Shown piece by piece: positions 38,090 to 53,483 of a stretch of DNA of 56,968 nucleotides. Under the pieces are notes generated by a model. The model saw only the letters and a program-made list of their open reading frames with translations. It did no database searches and was not told the DNA's origin. The position numbers and the translations under genes were made by a program. The stretch covers positions 2,103 through 59,070 of the forward strand of contig DXZV01000001.1 of assembly GCA_019419485.1 (NCBI GenBank), given 5' to 3'. Each line of letters begins with the position of its first letter. Position 1 is the first letter of the stretch. Source of the stretch: Collinsella sp. (GTDB lineage: Bacteria > Actinomycetota > Coriobacteriia > Coriobacteriales > Coriobacteriaceae).

Positions 38090-38174
38090 GGCCGGGGCGG
38101 GAGGCGGTCCTTTCTCTCGGAAAACTTCGCGAAGCCCAGTTTCCGAGAGAAAGTGTCCGGCTGCCGCCCCGGCC
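38090..38174. repeat. Hairpin repeat, copy 2 (inverted relative to 32866-32911), with extended stem
   Basis: Core at 38110-38153; outer ggccggggcgg/ccgccccggcc arms. Confidence 0.8.
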
Positions 38175-38186
38175 GACCAGGTCACA

Positions 38187-41501
<3,315 letters not shown>

Positions 41502-41502
41502 G

Positions 41503-42942
41503 TTAGTTCTCCTCGGTCGCAGCGTTCTCGGACTCGGCGAAATTCCAGCCGGCGAGGCGGTCCTTCGCGGTGTCGATGTCCAGGTAGTTCTCCTCGCCGT
41601 CCATGAGTCGCGTAAAGGCGGTAAAGAGATAGTGGGCATCGGTGGGGCCGGGCGAAGCCTCGGGGTGGTACTGGACCGAGAAACACGGGGCGTCGAGCAG
41701 CTGGATGCCCTCGGCGGTGCCGTCGTTGAGGTTCACATGTGTCAGGCGAATGCGACCAAAGCGCTCGTTCATCACGACCGGCGCGACGCCGCGACGCACC
41801 CAGGCGCGCAGGTCGCCATCGGCCGCATGCTCGGTTTCGCCGCCGGAAAGCTCCGGAATCAGTTTGCCCAGACTGGGGAACAGCAGGCCAAAGCCGTGGT
41901 TTTGCGCGGTGATCTCCACGCGACGGCTCACCAGATTCATAACCGGCTGGTTACCGCCACGGTGACCGAATTTAAGCTTTTCCATTTGGGCGCCGCAGGC
42001 CAAGCTGATCATCTGGTGACCCAGGCAAATACCAAAGACCGGCACCTTGCCGATCAGCTGCTGCACCTGCTCGTAGGTCTCCACCACGGCATCGGGGTCG
42101 CCGGGGCCGTTGGACAAAAAGACGCCATCAGGATTCATGTCGAGCACCTGCTGGGCGGGCGTATCCCACGGCACGACGGTGAGGTCGCAGCCGGCACGGA
42201 CCAGGCCCTCCAGAATACCGCGCTTCACACCGCAGTCGTAGGCGACCACTTTGTGACGGGCAGGAGCGGCAGCCACAAGCGCAAAGCCATGCGTGGCAGG
42301 CAGGTCGGCGGCCACAAACTCGTGAGGCGCGGGACAGCTCACGGTCTTGACCAGGTTCTCGCCCACCAGCGTGGGCGCTGCGTCCAGACGCTCGGCGAGC
42401 TCGTCGACGTCGAAGATCTCTGTCGAGATAATGCCCATCTTGGAACCATTGTCGCGCAGATGGCGCACCAGAGCGCGGGTGTCGACACCCTCGATAGCGA
42501 CGATGCCGTGAGCGCGCAGGTACTCCGGCACGCTGACGGCCGAGCGCCAGTTAGAAGGCGTGGCGCACATGTCGCGAACGATCATGCCGCGCATAGCCGG
42601 AGCGCTCGCAGGGCGCACGGCGTCGCCGGGGAAGGCCGACTGGACATCGGTCTCGTCGATACCGTAATTGCCGATCTGCGGATAGGTCATGGTTACAATT
42701 TGGCCGGCATAACTCGGGTCGGTCATGACCTCAAAGTAGCCCTCAAGCGAGGTGTTGAAGCAGACTTCGCCGGTCGCGGTGCCCTCGGCGCCGCATGCAC
42801 GTCCATAAAAAATGGTCCCATCCTCAAGATACAGGATACAGGGACCGCAGGCGCCCTTGCTGGTTTTGGCCAGCATACGCTGGCAAAGCTCGCTGGGCGC
42901 GAAGGTGCGGGCGGCAGCGCCCGCGGTATGGTTGTTCGCCAT
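41503..42942 (-). CDS. carA: Carbamoyl-phosphate synthase small subunit
   Basis: [44 protein letters not shown]. Confidence 0.96.
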   Translation of the reverse strand: MANNHTAGAAARTFAPSELCQRMLAKTSKGACGPCILYLEDGTIFYGRACGAEGTATGEVCFNTSLEGYFEVMTDPSYAGQIVTMTYPQIGNYGIDETDVQSAFPGDAVRPASAPAMRGMIVRDMCATPSNWRSAVSVPEYLRAHGIVAIEGVDTRALVRHLRDNGSKMGIISTEIFDVDELAERLDAAPTLVGENLVKTVSCPAPHEFVAADLPATHGFALVAAAPARHKVVAYDCGVKRGILEGLVRAGCDLTVVPWDTPAQQVLDMNPDGVFLSNGPGDPDAVVETYEQVQQLIGKVPVFGICLGHQMISLACGAQMEKLKFGHRGGNQPVMNLVSRRVEITAQNHGFGLLFPSLGKLIPELSGGETEHAADGDLRAWVRRGVAPVVMNERFGRIRLTHVNLNDGTAEGIQLLDAPCFSVQYHPEASPGPTDAHYLFTAFTRLMDGEENYLDIDTAKDRLAGWNFAESENAATEEN

Positions 42943-43060
42943 AATTCTCCTTCCCGGTCTCACAGGACCGGCTTAAAGGTGTGTAGTTAGGCCTCGCGGT
43001 ATTGTAACCGCAAGCATGCCTCATGGCGTTAATTTCATCGAAATGTTTACGAAATGATAA

Positions 43061-43080
43061 TTATGACTTTCTATGCATAA
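43061..43080. promoter_or_regulatory. Candidate ARG-box-like dyad upstream of carA
   Basis: ttatgactttctatgcataa; TACAAT -10 candidate on the minus strand at 43001-43006. Confidence 0.4.
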
Positions 43081-43149
43081 TGATTTTTTAATCCCCGTCC
43101 CGGAAAAATCATCCCGCGGGGCTTGTGGCTCACGCGGGATGATGGCGTC

Positions 43150-44115
43150 TTATTTTATCTTGTCCTGCTCCAGCAGTTCGGACGGTGTGCGATCGGGCTT
43201 GCCGCCGCGGAAAATCTCGCGGCCATGCAGACGATGCTCCAGGTCACGTTCGGCCTTTTCCTCGTCAATCTTGGTCTGGCTCACCACCGGGTCCTCAATC
43301 AACGACGACACCGAGTTCACCTGCTTCTGAATGCGCTCGGCGATGGTGTCATCCATACTCACGATGCGCATCTTCCAGTCGATACTCGTAGCGTTGGATG
43401 AGCTCTTGGTCCACACGAACGTCAGGATGGCGCTCTGGTGGCCCTGGGCGGGAAACATGCCAAAGAAGGAATCGTGCTGAATGTTGCTATCCTCGTCGAT
43501 ATAGGCGTGAACGTTATACACCACGCGGTCGATCTTATCGTTGAGCAACGCGTTGGTCGCAAGCGCCGCGGCCTGAATCTGCCCGTTGGACAGCAGCTCG
43601 AGCTCGTTGGCAGACGATGTGTCCAACACCGTCACCTCGACCGTGCCCGTACGCTCATCGGCTTCATCGACGGTAAAGTCGAGCGGGAACTGCGTAAAGC
43701 CGTTGCCCCACTCAAGGCCGCCCTTCAGCGCCGTCGAAACGGTATCGACCGAAACGCTCTCGGACAGGTTGGCGGTGTTCAGGCGACGCATCACGCCGTA
43801 GCCAATCTGCATGCCCACAATCAGCACCAAGATGCCAATGACCACGGCCATCGCGGTCTTCGTAATGGTATGACTCACCTGCGAACCCGAAGGATCATCC
43901 TCGGACAGCGGGTCGATATGTTTTGCCTGGCTCGCGCGGTCCTCGCTGCGCAGCTGCGCTAGCGCCGCTTTGTCACCGCGCTTGGCCGCAGCCTCCTTCT
44001 CACGCATGCGCTCGGTTCGCTTTTTGGCAAGCGTGGGATCCAAGACACCGGATGCATCGATTTCGGAGAATAACTCCGTCACTTCTTCCGGAGTCAAAGG
44101 GTTCTTGTCAGCCAT
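43150..44115 (-). CDS. Hypothetical single-pass membrane protein
   Basis: 321-aa ORF with aggaag RBS, one TM segment and host-like codon usage; family not recognised. Confidence 0.75.
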   Translation of the reverse strand: MADKNPLTPEEVTELFSEIDASGVLDPTLAKKRTERMREKEAAAKRGDKAALAQLRSEDRASQAKHIDPLSEDDPSGSQVSHTITKTAMAVVIGILVLIVGMQIGYGVMRRLNTANLSESVSVDTVSTALKGGLEWGNGFTQFPLDFTVDEADERTGTVEVTVLDTSSANELELLSNGQIQAAALATNALLNDKIDRVVYNVHAYIDEDSNIQHDSFFGMFPAQGHQSAILTFVWTKSSSNATSIDWKMRIVSMDDTIAERIQKQVNSVSSLIEDPVVSQTKIDEEKAERDLEHRLHGREIFRGGKPDRTPSELLEQDKIK

Positions 44116-44134
44116 AAACTTCCTGTCATATCAA

Positions 44135-45907
44135 TCAGTCGAGCTCGTGCGCACGCGCACCTTCGAACTGCATTCGATAGTAACGGGCATAGGTGCCGCC
44201 ACGGGCGAGAAGCTGTTCATGCGTGCCACGTTCCACAACGCGACCATGCTCAACGGTCGCAATCTCATCGGCGTGTTTAATGGTCGAGAGACGGTGGGCG
44301 ATGATGATTGTGGTACGGCCGCGTGCCAGCTCTTCGAGCGACTCCTGGACCGCCTCCTCGCTCTCGTTATCCAAAGCACTCGTCGCCTCGTCCAAAATCA
44401 GGATCTTGGGGTTCTTGAGAAACACGCGCGCAATGGCAACGCGTTGCTTCTGTCCGCCCGAAAGACGGCTGCCACGCTCGCCCACGACCGTGTCATAACC
44501 CTGTGGAAGCGACTCGATAAAGGCATCGATGTTGGCGCGACGGGCGGCCTCGGCGATCTCTCCTGCCGTAGCGCCCGGCTTGCCGTAGGCGATGTTCTCG
44601 CCAATCGTGCCGTCAAACAGATAGACATCCTGCTGCACCAGGCCGATGGCGCGACGCAGGCTCTGCTGCGTCACATCGCGCACGTCCTGGCCGTCGATGC
44701 TAATGGATCCGGCAGCCACGTCATAAAAGCGCGGCAGCAGCGAACAGGTCGTGGACTTGCCGCCGCCCGAAGGGCCAACCAAAGCGATGGTCTGCCCAGG
44801 CTTGATGGACAGATTCATATGGTCGATAACGGGACGCTCTTCGGCATCGCCCTCGCCCAGCTCAACGTCCTCGTAGTTAAAGCACACGTCGTGATACTCC
44901 ACGGCGCCGGCAGTCACCTGCAGATCCGTAGCGCCCGGCTTGTCCTGGATATCCGGCGCGGTCGAGAGCACCTCGTCCATGCGCTTAAAGCCGGCGATGG
45001 CCTTCTGATACGTTTCGGCCGAATTGACGAGTGTCTCGAGCGGCGTGCAGAACAGCGAAATATAGAGTGCAAAGGTCGCCATATCGACCGCCTGCAGCTG
45101 TCCCTGGGCGACCAGCCAGCCGCCCAGCAGCACCACGATCACATAGAGCACACCCGAGAGCAGGCCATACGTCGCGGTATAGACGCCCATGGCGTGATAC
45201 ATGTTCTCCTTGGACGAAAGATAGCGATTGTTGGAGGCGCGGAACTTGAAGCGTTCGGTCTCCTCATTGGCAAAACTCTTGACCACGCGCATGCCCGCCA
45301 GCGAATCCTGCAGCTGCGCATTGATGCCGCTGATCTTTTTGCGGTTGTCGCTAAAGACCTCGCGCATGCGCATGTTCTGCCAAAACATGATGACCGCAAA
45401 CGCCGCCGTCACCACGGCCATGGCGAGCGCCAGCACCGGGGCGATGGTAAAGAGGATCACAAACGAGCCGATAATCTCGATGCCGCAGATGATGATCCAC
45501 TCGGGCACGTGGTGCGCCGCCTCGCAGATATCGAACAGGTCGTTGACCACGCGGCTCATCATGTCGCCCGAGCTGTTGCGGTCAAAGTACGCAAAGCTAA
45601 AGCGCTCATACTGGTCAAACAGGTCCTCGCGCATCTTGGACTCCATACGCGCGCCCATCACGTGACCCCAATAGCTCACAAAATAGCGGCAGGCGCAGCG
45701 GGCGGCATACATCAGCACCAAGCCCACCGCAATCATGCCGAGCGCCTGCATAATGACAGCCTGACCCTGAGTAAAGAGCCCACCGGTCAAATTGCGCAGG
45801 ATAATGGGGAACGCCAGGTCAATGGCGGCAAGCACCAGAGCACAAACAGTATCAGCAACAAAAAGCCCCATCTGGGGCTTGTAGTACGAAAGAAACCTTT
45901 TAAACAT
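44135..45907 (-). CDS. ABC exporter, fused permease / ATP-binding protein
   Basis: N-terminal TMD; GPSGGGKST, LSGGQKQR, ILDEATSALD, AHRLSTI. Confidence 0.94.
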   Translation of the reverse strand: MFKRFLSYYKPQMGLFVADTVCALVLAAIDLAFPIILRNLTGGLFTQGQAVIMQALGMIAVGLVLMYAARCACRYFVSYWGHVMGARMESKMREDLFDQYERFSFAYFDRNSSGDMMSRVVNDLFDICEAAHHVPEWIIICGIEIIGSFVILFTIAPVLALAMAVVTAAFAVIMFWQNMRMREVFSDNRKKISGINAQLQDSLAGMRVVKSFANEETERFKFRASNNRYLSSKENMYHAMGVYTATYGLLSGVLYVIVVLLGGWLVAQGQLQAVDMATFALYISLFCTPLETLVNSAETYQKAIAGFKRMDEVLSTAPDIQDKPGATDLQVTAGAVEYHDVCFNYEDVELGEGDAEERPVIDHMNLSIKPGQTIALVGPSGGGKSTTCSLLPRFYDVAAGSISIDGQDVRDVTQQSLRRAIGLVQQDVYLFDGTIGENIAYGKPGATAGEIAEAARRANIDAFIESLPQGYDTVVGERGSRLSGGQKQRVAIARVFLKNPKILILDEATSALDNESEEAVQESLEELARGRTTIIIAHRLSTIKHADEIATVEHGRVVERGTHEQLLARGGTYARYYRMQFEGARAHELD

Positions 45908-46007
45908 GCAATCCTCGAAGAGAAATAAATAGCGTGAGAAATCCGGTTGAACCGGTCAGGCTGAAAACAAAGCGTCCCAACAAGCATAACGCCGATGTTC
46001 TGGCAGC

Positions 46008-46154
46008 GTCAGCGAAAACGTCCCTAAGCGAGCAAGGTGCCTTGAAAGAGGAGCGACGCGTACTTCGGTACGCGAGCGACGATTGAAAGGCAGATTGCCG
46101 CTTAGGGGCGTTTGCAGCGTCGACTCGTTACGCGGTTTGGTAAAACCGCGTAAC
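46008..46154 (+). repeat. ~147-nt structured repeat / candidate ncRNA or MITE, copy 2
   Basis: Aligns with 16013-16160; apical cUUCGg loop. Confidence 0.8.
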
Positions 46155-46859
46155 CTAGAGCTCCGCGCCCCCAAGGCGATGCGCGATGCTATCGCAGGCC
46201 AAGGCGCCCACGACGGTCTTGGCGTCTTCGATCTTGCCGTCGAGCACGGCGTCGATCAGCTCGTGCAGCGGCACCAGGTCAACGTTGACAAACTCGTCAT
46301 CGTCGGGACTGGGCGCATCAAACTCCAGCTTGGTAGCCAAGTAGATGTGAATGATCTCGTCGCAAAAACCGCAGGACGTGACAATCGACGTCAAAAAGCG
46401 AATGCGACCGGCCCTAAAGCCCGTCTCCTCGTGTAGCTCGCGCTTAGCGCAATCGAGTGGGTCCTCGCCCGGGTCGAGCTTGCCGGCGGGAATCTCGACC
46501 GTCACGCGGTCGATGGCGGTGCGGTACTGACGCACCAGTACGATCTTGCCGCTCTCGGTCAGCGCCACAACGGCCGCCGCACCCGGATGGCGAACGATAT
46601 CGCGGGCACTGCGGCGACCGTTGGGCAGCTCAACCTCAAGACGGTGGACGTCGAGGATCTTGCCCTTCCAGGCGCACTCCTCCGAAAGAATCTTCTCGTG
46701 CAGCTCGGCATCGTGCGGGTCGTCGTCGCCCAGCACCAGCGCCGGCTCGTCAGCGACCTCGCCACCAGGTTCGCCCTCGGCGTGCCCATACATGCGGCTG
46801 TCCTCCTCGACGATCTGTGCGTCCACGAGCTCTTCGTTCTTCTCGTCCATCCGTCTCAT
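46155..46859 (-). CDS. NUDIX hydrolase (ADP-ribose pyrophosphatase-like)
   Basis: VRQYR, EIPAGKLDPGEDPLDCAKRELHEETG Nudix box, KIEDAKT. Confidence 0.92.
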   Translation of the reverse strand: MRRMDEKNEELVDAQIVEEDSRMYGHAEGEPGGEVADEPALVLGDDDPHDAELHEKILSEECAWKGKILDVHRLEVELPNGRRSARDIVRHPGAAAVVALTESGKIVLVRQYRTAIDRVTVEIPAGKLDPGEDPLDCAKRELHEETGFRAGRIRFLTSIVTSCGFCDEIIHIYLATKLEFDAPSPDDDEFVNVDLVPLHELIDAVLDGKIEDAKTVVGALACDSIAHRLGGAEL

Positions 46860-46871
46860 TCCTCTCGGATT

Positions 46872-48176
46872 TTAGGCATCCCAGGCGTCGCGGCCGCGCA
46901 GCGCACGCAGGCCGATGTCGTGGCGCAGGGTCTTACCCTCAAAATCAATCTTCTCGCAGGCCTCGTAGGCAAGGTTGCGAGCGTTCTCGAACGTGTCGCC
47001 CAGAGCGGTCACGGCAAGCACGCGGCCACCATTGGTCACGAGCTGGCCGTCCACCACGGCAGTGCCCGCGTGGTACACGGTCACGTTCTCCATGGCCTCG
47101 GCATCGGCAATACCGGTGATGACCTTGCCCTTCTCGTAGCTGCCGGGATAGCCCGCACTCGTCAGGACAACGGCCACGGCCCACTCGTCACGCCAGTCGA
47201 GCTCAATCTGATCGAGCTCGCAGTTGGCGCAGGCCAGCATGACCTCGACCAGGTCGTTCTTAAGGCGCGGGAGCACGACCTGCGTCTCGGGGTCGCCAAA
47301 GCGGGCGTTGAACTCCAGCACCTTGGGGCCGGCGGGGGTGAGCATAAAGCCGCCATACAGGCAGCCGCGGTAGTCGATGCCCTCGGCAGCAAGCTCGGCA
47401 ACGGTCTGCTCCATGACCGCCACCATGGTGGCGTGCTCCTCGTCGGTCACGATGGGCACCGGGCTGTAGACGCCCATGCCGCCGGTGTTGGGACCCTTGT
47501 CGCCCTCGAGCGCGCGCTTGTGGTCCTGCGAGGTGGCCATGGGGCGCACGGTCTTGCCGTCGGTAAAGGCCAAAAGCGAGCACTCGGGGCCGGTCAGCAT
47601 CTCCTCGATAACCACGGTGTTGCCGGCATCGCCAAAGGTGCCGCCAAAGCACTCGCGCACGGCCTCCTCGGCCTGCTCAAGTTCGATCGCCACGATGACG
47701 CCCTTGCCCGCGGCAAGGCCGTCGGCCTTGACGACCAGCGGGGCGCCCTGCTCGCGCACGTAGGCGAGAGCCGAAGCCTCGTCGGTAAACGAGCCGTAGG
47801 CTGCCGTCGGAATGCCCGCGCGCTCCATGAGCTGCTTGGAGAACAGCTTGGAGCCCTCCATCTGGGCGCCCTCGGCACCCGGGCCAAAGCAGAGAATACC
47901 CGCCGCGCGCACGGCGTCGGCCACACCCGCCACGAGCGGAGCCTCGGGGCCAATTACCACGAGTCCGCATCCGTGGCTCTGCGCAAACGCCGCCACGGCC
48001 GCAGGATCGCAGTCGTCGAGAACAACGTTCTCGCCGCAGCTCGCGGTGCCGCCGTTGCCCGGCGCGATGTAGAGCTTGCCGGCGCGCGGTGATGCTGCGA
48101 GCTTAGCTGCCAAAGCATGCTCACGGCCGCCGCTGCCCAACAACAGGATGTCGATGGTTTGAGTGTCCGCCTTCAA
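46872..48176 (-). CDS. purD: Phosphoribosylamine-glycine ligase
   Basis: [43 protein letters not shown] start after gaggagg. Confidence 0.96.
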   Translation of the reverse strand: MKADTQTIDILLLGSGGREHALAAKLAASPRAGKLYIAPGNGGTASCGENVVLDDCDPAAVAAFAQSHGCGLVVIGPEAPLVAGVADAVRAAGILCFGPGAEGAQMEGSKLFSKQLMERAGIPTAAYGSFTDEASALAYVREQGAPLVVKADGLAAGKGVIVAIELEQAEEAVRECFGGTFGDAGNTVVIEEMLTGPECSLLAFTDGKTVRPMATSQDHKRALEGDKGPNTGGMGVYSPVPIVTDEEHATMVAVMEQTVAELAAEGIDYRGCLYGGFMLTPAGPKVLEFNARFGDPETQVVLPRLKNDLVEVMLACANCELDQIELDWRDEWAVAVVLTSAGYPGSYEKGKVITGIADAEAMENVTVYHAGTAVVDGQLVTNGGRVLAVTALGDTFENARNLAYEACEKIDFEGKTLRHDIGLRALRGRDAWDA

Positions 48177-48294
48177 GGGTGCCTCCTCTATGGATGAATG
48201 GCCCGCTCCGCGCGAGCCCTTTGCAAGCAAATATACCCCTCGGCCGCCCGCTTGGGCTGCAAAGGGGTATATCGCAATAACCAAATAGTCCCGA

Positions 48295-49590
<1,296 letters not shown>

Positions 49591-49674
49591 TTACATTCAT
49601 GGACTGTCTACGCGCCACGCCGGCACGCAGAAGCACAAAACATTCCCAGTATACCCGTGCAACGGGCGCCTGTC

Positions 49675-51066
49675 CTACTCCTCGGCATGTGCCCCATCAA
49701 GCTCATAGAACTTGGTGGATGCCGGCAGGAACATCAGGTCGACGTCGCCGATCGGGCCCGAACGGTTCTTGGCCACGACGATACGCGTAACGCCCTCGTC
49801 GGGTCGATCGTCGCGCGAGGCTTCGGCCTCGTCGGCGGAGCGGTCCAAGAACATAACGATATCGGCGTCCTGCTCGATGGAGCCCGATTCACGAAGGTCG
49901 GAAAGCTGCGGGCGCTTGCCGGTACGGGATTCGACCTGACGCGAGAGCTGCGACAGCGCGATGAGCGGGATCTTGAGTTCCTTGGCCATGATCTTCAGAC
50001 CACGCGACATCTCGGAGACCTCGACGGTACGGCTCTCGGAGCGGCGTCCCGGCGGAGGACTCACCAGCTGCAGGTAGTCCAGGATGATGATGGCCTTCTC
50101 CTTGTTGTGGAGCATGCGGCGGCTCTTGGCGCGAATCTCGGTCACTGTGGTGCCGGGCGTATCGTCAATCAGAATATCGAGCTTGGACAAGGTCTGCGTG
50201 GCCTCGTTGATATTGGCCCACTGCTCGGGGCTAATGCGGCCCATGCGGAAGTCACTGATCGAAATCATGGCGTAGGCGCAAATCAGACGCTGGGCAATTT
50301 CCTTGCCCGACATCTCCAGCGAGAAGAAGCCGACGGTATAACCGGCCGCGGCAGCGTTGAGCGCCAGATTCAGGGCGAACGACGTCTTACCCACAGCAGG
50401 GCGGGCGCCGATGATGATGAGCTGGCCCTCGCGAAAACCCATGAGCATGCGGTCGAGCGACGGGAAGCCCGTGGGCACGCCCGCAGCCTGGCCGCCTGCC
50501 TGGCACACTTCCTCGGCCTCGTTATAGGCCTCGACCATAAACTCGGTCAGCGTCTTGTAGCTCGACTTGACCTCGCGCGCCGTGACCTTGAGCAACTTGC
50601 TCTCGGCCAGCTCCACGACCTCTTTGGTATCGGTGGGAGCGTTATAGGCCAGCGCGTTGATCTCGTTGGTGGCGCCGATCAGCTCACGCAGCATCGAATC
50701 GCGGCGAACGATAGCGGCATGGTGCTGCCAGTTGACGAGCGACAGGGTCTGACCCATCAACTCCAAAATGTAGGCCTCGCCGCCCACGGCATCAAGCTTG
50801 TTGATGCTTCGCAGGTAATCGATCAGCGAGATGGAGTCGATGGGAATGCGGCTGTTGTACATATCGACCATCGCGGTATAGATGGTCTTATGAATGGGCC
50901 GGTAGAAGTCATCGGGCTGCAGCTCGACCTGGGCCTCTTCGACCACCTCGGGCGATAGCAGCATAGCGGCCAGTACATTGGCCTCTGCATCTTGGTTTTG
51001 GGGAAGACCCAACTTGGAGCCGCGGTCCTCAACCGTCAGCCCGGTCTCCCTATCGTCATATGCCAT
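49675..51066 (-). CDS. dnaB: Replicative DNA helicase
   Basis: GARPAVGKT, FSLEMS, DYLQL, LSQLSR, DLRESGSIEQDAD, AKNRSGP. Confidence 0.97.
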   Translation of the reverse strand: MAYDDRETGLTVEDRGSKLGLPQNQDAEANVLAAMLLSPEVVEEAQVELQPDDFYRPIHKTIYTAMVDMYNSRIPIDSISLIDYLRSINKLDAVGGEAYILELMGQTLSLVNWQHHAAIVRRDSMLRELIGATNEINALAYNAPTDTKEVVELAESKLLKVTAREVKSSYKTLTEFMVEAYNEAEEVCQAGGQAAGVPTGFPSLDRMLMGFREGQLIIIGARPAVGKTSFALNLALNAAAAGYTVGFFSLEMSGKEIAQRLICAYAMISISDFRMGRISPEQWANINEATQTLSKLDILIDDTPGTTVTEIRAKSRRMLHNKEKAIIILDYLQLVSPPPGRRSESRTVEVSEMSRGLKIMAKELKIPLIALSQLSRQVESRTGKRPQLSDLRESGSIEQDADIVMFLDRSADEAEASRDDRPDEGVTRIVVAKNRSGPIGDVDLMFLPASTKFYELDGAHAEE

Positions 51067-51226
51067 GAGCATCCTCATTCATATCGCTTGCGAGCATCCA
51101 TAGTATCAGCCACGGTCCCAAAACGCGCCGCGCGCCGCCAATCATCACCGAACCAAACGGATGAACGGTCCTGTATATAGGACTTCGACGCAACGTTCAC
51201 CATGACACTCACTCAGCGCAAAAAAC

Positions 51227-51260
51227 AAAAGGGCGCCCTGGTTTCCCAGAGCGCCCTTCT
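51227..51260 (-). terminator. Intrinsic terminator after rplI
   Basis: aaaagggcgccctgg/ccagagcgccctt stem, with an A run on +. Confidence 0.7.
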
Positions 51261-51290
51261 TAGAACAAGATTGTTGCGTTGCAGCAAATG

Positions 51291-51830
51291 CTACTCGGCA
51301 GCAGCCTCAGTCTCGACCTCGGCGGTCTCGGCCTCGGCGACCTCAGCGGCCTCCTCGACCTCAGCCTCGGCAGCGAGCTCCTCGGCGGTAACGCCGACGA
51401 GAACGACAACCTCGGCCTTGATCTCGCGGTACAGCGAGATGGCAACGGTGTGGGCACCGGCAACCTTGATGGGCTTACCGAGCTCGACGCGCTTGCGGTC
51501 GATGTCCATACCGAGCTGAGCCTTGATGGCGTCAGCGATCATAGCGGCGGTAACGGAGCCAAAGAGGATGCCCTCGTCGCCGACCTTGACGTCAACGGTG
51601 ACCGTCTTGCCCTCGAAGGCAGCCTTGGTCTCGTTGGCGGTAGCCAGACGGACGGCCTCGCGCTTGGCGATGTTGTTGCGACGCTCGTCAAGCTGCTTGA
51701 GGTTGCCCTTGGTGGCGGCAACAGCGAGCTTCTTGGGGAACAGGAAGTTCTCAGCGTAACCCTGAGCGACCTCTACGACGTCACCCTCGCCGCCCTTGCC
51801 CTTGATCTCATCGAGAAGAATAACCTTCAT
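51291..51830 (-). CDS. rplI: 50S ribosomal protein L9
   Basis: MKVILL...VAQGYAENFLFP, LFGSVT; acidic tail. Confidence 0.97.
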   Translation of the reverse strand: MKVILLDEIKGKGGEGDVVEVAQGYAENFLFPKKLAVAATKGNLKQLDERRNNIAKREAVRLATANETKAAFEGKTVTVDVKVGDEGILFGSVTAAMIADAIKAQLGMDIDRKRVELGKPIKVAGAHTVAISLYREIKAEVVVLVGVTAEELAAEAEVEEAAEVAEAETAEVETEAAAE

Positions 51831-51845
51831 GATGCGTCTCCCTTC

Positions 51846-52112
51846 TTAGCCGCGGTCGCGGTTGCCACGAGAGGAAACCACGGGGACGGTGTACGGCAGG
51901 AGAGCCATCTCGCGGGCGCGCTTGATGGCGTTGGCGATGTCATGCTGATGCTGCGTGCAAGCGCCAGTGACGCGACGGGGCTTAATCTTGCCACGGTCGG
52001 TCATGTACTTACGGAGAAGCTGAGTGTCCTTATAGTCGATGAACTCAGTGTTCTCCTTGCAGAACTGGCAGTACTTACGACGCGGCTGACGTGCAGAAAA
52101 ATCATTAGCCAT
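51846..52112 (-). CDS. rpsR: 30S ribosomal protein S18 (Cys-containing form)
   Basis: [34 protein letters not shown]. Confidence 0.97.
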   Translation of the reverse strand: MANDFSARQPRRKYCQFCKENTEFIDYKDTQLLRKYMTDRGKIKPRRVTGACTQHQHDIANAIKRAREMALLPYTVPVVSSRGNRDRG

Positions 52113-52184
52113 GTCAAAATACCTTTCGTTTGGCAACTTCGGCGAACCGAAGCCGCCTCTCACTCAAAAATAGGTGAACAACCC

Positions 52185-52637
52185 TTAGAACGGGATGTCC
52201 TCATCGTAGACGTCGACCGCGGGCGGCGTAGCCACCGGTGCGGCAGGACGTGCTGCGGGCGCGGGAGCTGCGGGGGCGTAACCGCCCTGGTCGTAGCCAC
52301 CCTGGCCACCACGGGAGCTCATAAACTCGATCTCATCGACGATGACCTCAAGCTTGCTCCGGCGCTGGCCGTCGCGCTCCCAAGAGCTGTAGCGCAGCTT
52401 GCCCTCGATCGCGACCTTGTTTCCCTTTGCCAGGAAACGGCTCACGGCCTCGGCGCGGGTGCCGAACATGGTGCAGTCGACAAAGTTGGGATAGTCCTCC
52501 CACTCGCCAGTCTGCGCGTTGCGGCGACGATCGTTCACGGCGACGCCAAAGGACAGAACCTGGGTTCCGCCGGCGGTGGCGCGCAGCTCGGGATCGCGGG
52601 TGAGGTTACCGGTGATGTTCACTCGATTGATGCTCAT
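52185..52637 (-). CDS. ssb: Single-stranded DNA-binding protein
   Basis: GNLTRDPELR...DEDIPF. Confidence 0.97.
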   Translation of the reverse strand: MSINRVNITGNLTRDPELRATAGGTQVLSFGVAVNDRRRNAQTGEWEDYPNFVDCTMFGTRAEAVSRFLAKGNKVAIEGKLRYSSWERDGQRRSKLEVIVDEIEFMSSRGGQGGYDQGGYAPAAPAPAARPAAPVATPPAVDVYDEDIPF

Positions 52638-52684
52638 AACTCACTACTTCCTCTTGGGGCACAAGCCCAGTCAAAACGACAGTC

Positions 52685-52978
52685 TTACTCCTGGTCGTCG
52701 CGACGGACGATCATGTGGCGGACCACAGCGTCGGTGATGCGCAGGACGCGATCAAGCTCGGCGATCTGGGTAGGATCTGCGTGGAAGTTGATGAGGGTGT
52801 AGTCACCATCGGTGAGGTCGTTGATCTCGTAGGCGAGCTTGCGCTTGCCCCACTCGTCAACGGAGTCGACCTTGCCAGCGCCCTCAGCGATCGTGGTATC
52901 GATACGCTTCATAACAGCGAGACGAGTCTCGGGGTCGAGCGACGGGTCAACAAAGAACAGCAGTTCATAAGCCTTCAT
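52685..52978 (-). CDS. rpsF: 30S ribosomal protein S6
   Basis: MKAYE, WGKRKLAYEI, ELDRVLRI. Confidence 0.97.
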   Translation of the reverse strand: MKAYELLFFVDPSLDPETRLAVMKRIDTTIAEGAGKVDSVDEWGKRKLAYEINDLTDGDYTLINFHADPTQIAELDRVLRITDAVVRHMIVRRDDQE

Positions 52979-52982
52979 ATTG

Positions 52983-53037
52983 TCACCTCCTCTGGGCAAA
53001 TGTGGCTTCAGGTCGTGAAGGTGCGCCTGAAGCAGGA
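52983..53037 (-). promoter_or_regulatory. Probable S6:S18 ribosomal protein leader RNA
   Basis: On the minus strand: ccUGCUUCAGG...CCUGAAGC hairpin, then cc-containing linker and gccc-agaggagg directly before rpsF, the position of the known S6:S18 autoregulatory motif. Confidence 0.6.
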
Positions 53038-53439
53038 AAAGACTTGGTAATAATATCTTTCAACCTCCTAGGCTGCAAGAATATGCAGCTACAACCTCAT
53101 GACCTCCACATATGTCCATGCTCACACGGCACTTCATGCGCATTCCAACCAAATGCTGACCAAATGCTTGACGGATCTGTGTTCAAGATACGGTGCCGTG
53201 GGGACAAGCTGAGCCAAGCCGCAGGTCAGCGGGCACAAGGCTGTGGTCGCAAAATGCATACCAGTGGCCCACAGCACCACCCAAAGATTTTTAAATTCAT
53301 TGCCAAGTCGCTTATGAATACCCTTTTTTGAACAATTGAGTTGATCAACCACGCTGGTCGGAAGCCGTTTTTTGGGACCTCAAGCCCCACTGCAGCGCCA
53401 AGCACGGCCAAGCGTTTTAAAAAATGCCAACTTTTCTGT

Positions 53440-53467
53440 TTGCACTTTGCGATTCCTCGTGTATACT
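53440..53467 (+). promoter_or_regulatory. Promoter for the tRNA genes
   Basis: TTGCAC-16 bp-TATACT. Confidence 0.6.
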
Positions 53468-53483
53468 GACTTTCGCATTTAAC

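Noticed and set aside
49675..51066. Intein in DnaB
   Set aside because: Normal length, with helicase motifs contiguous.
53040..53440. Possible further element or small gene in the 400-bp rpsF-tRNA spacer
   Set aside because: Only short, weak repeats (caaatgct x2, tgttcaa/ttgaaca) and unconvincing ORFs.
51080..53480. oriC or parS near the rpsF-dnaB cluster
   Set aside because: No DnaA-box cluster or parS palindrome found by eye.
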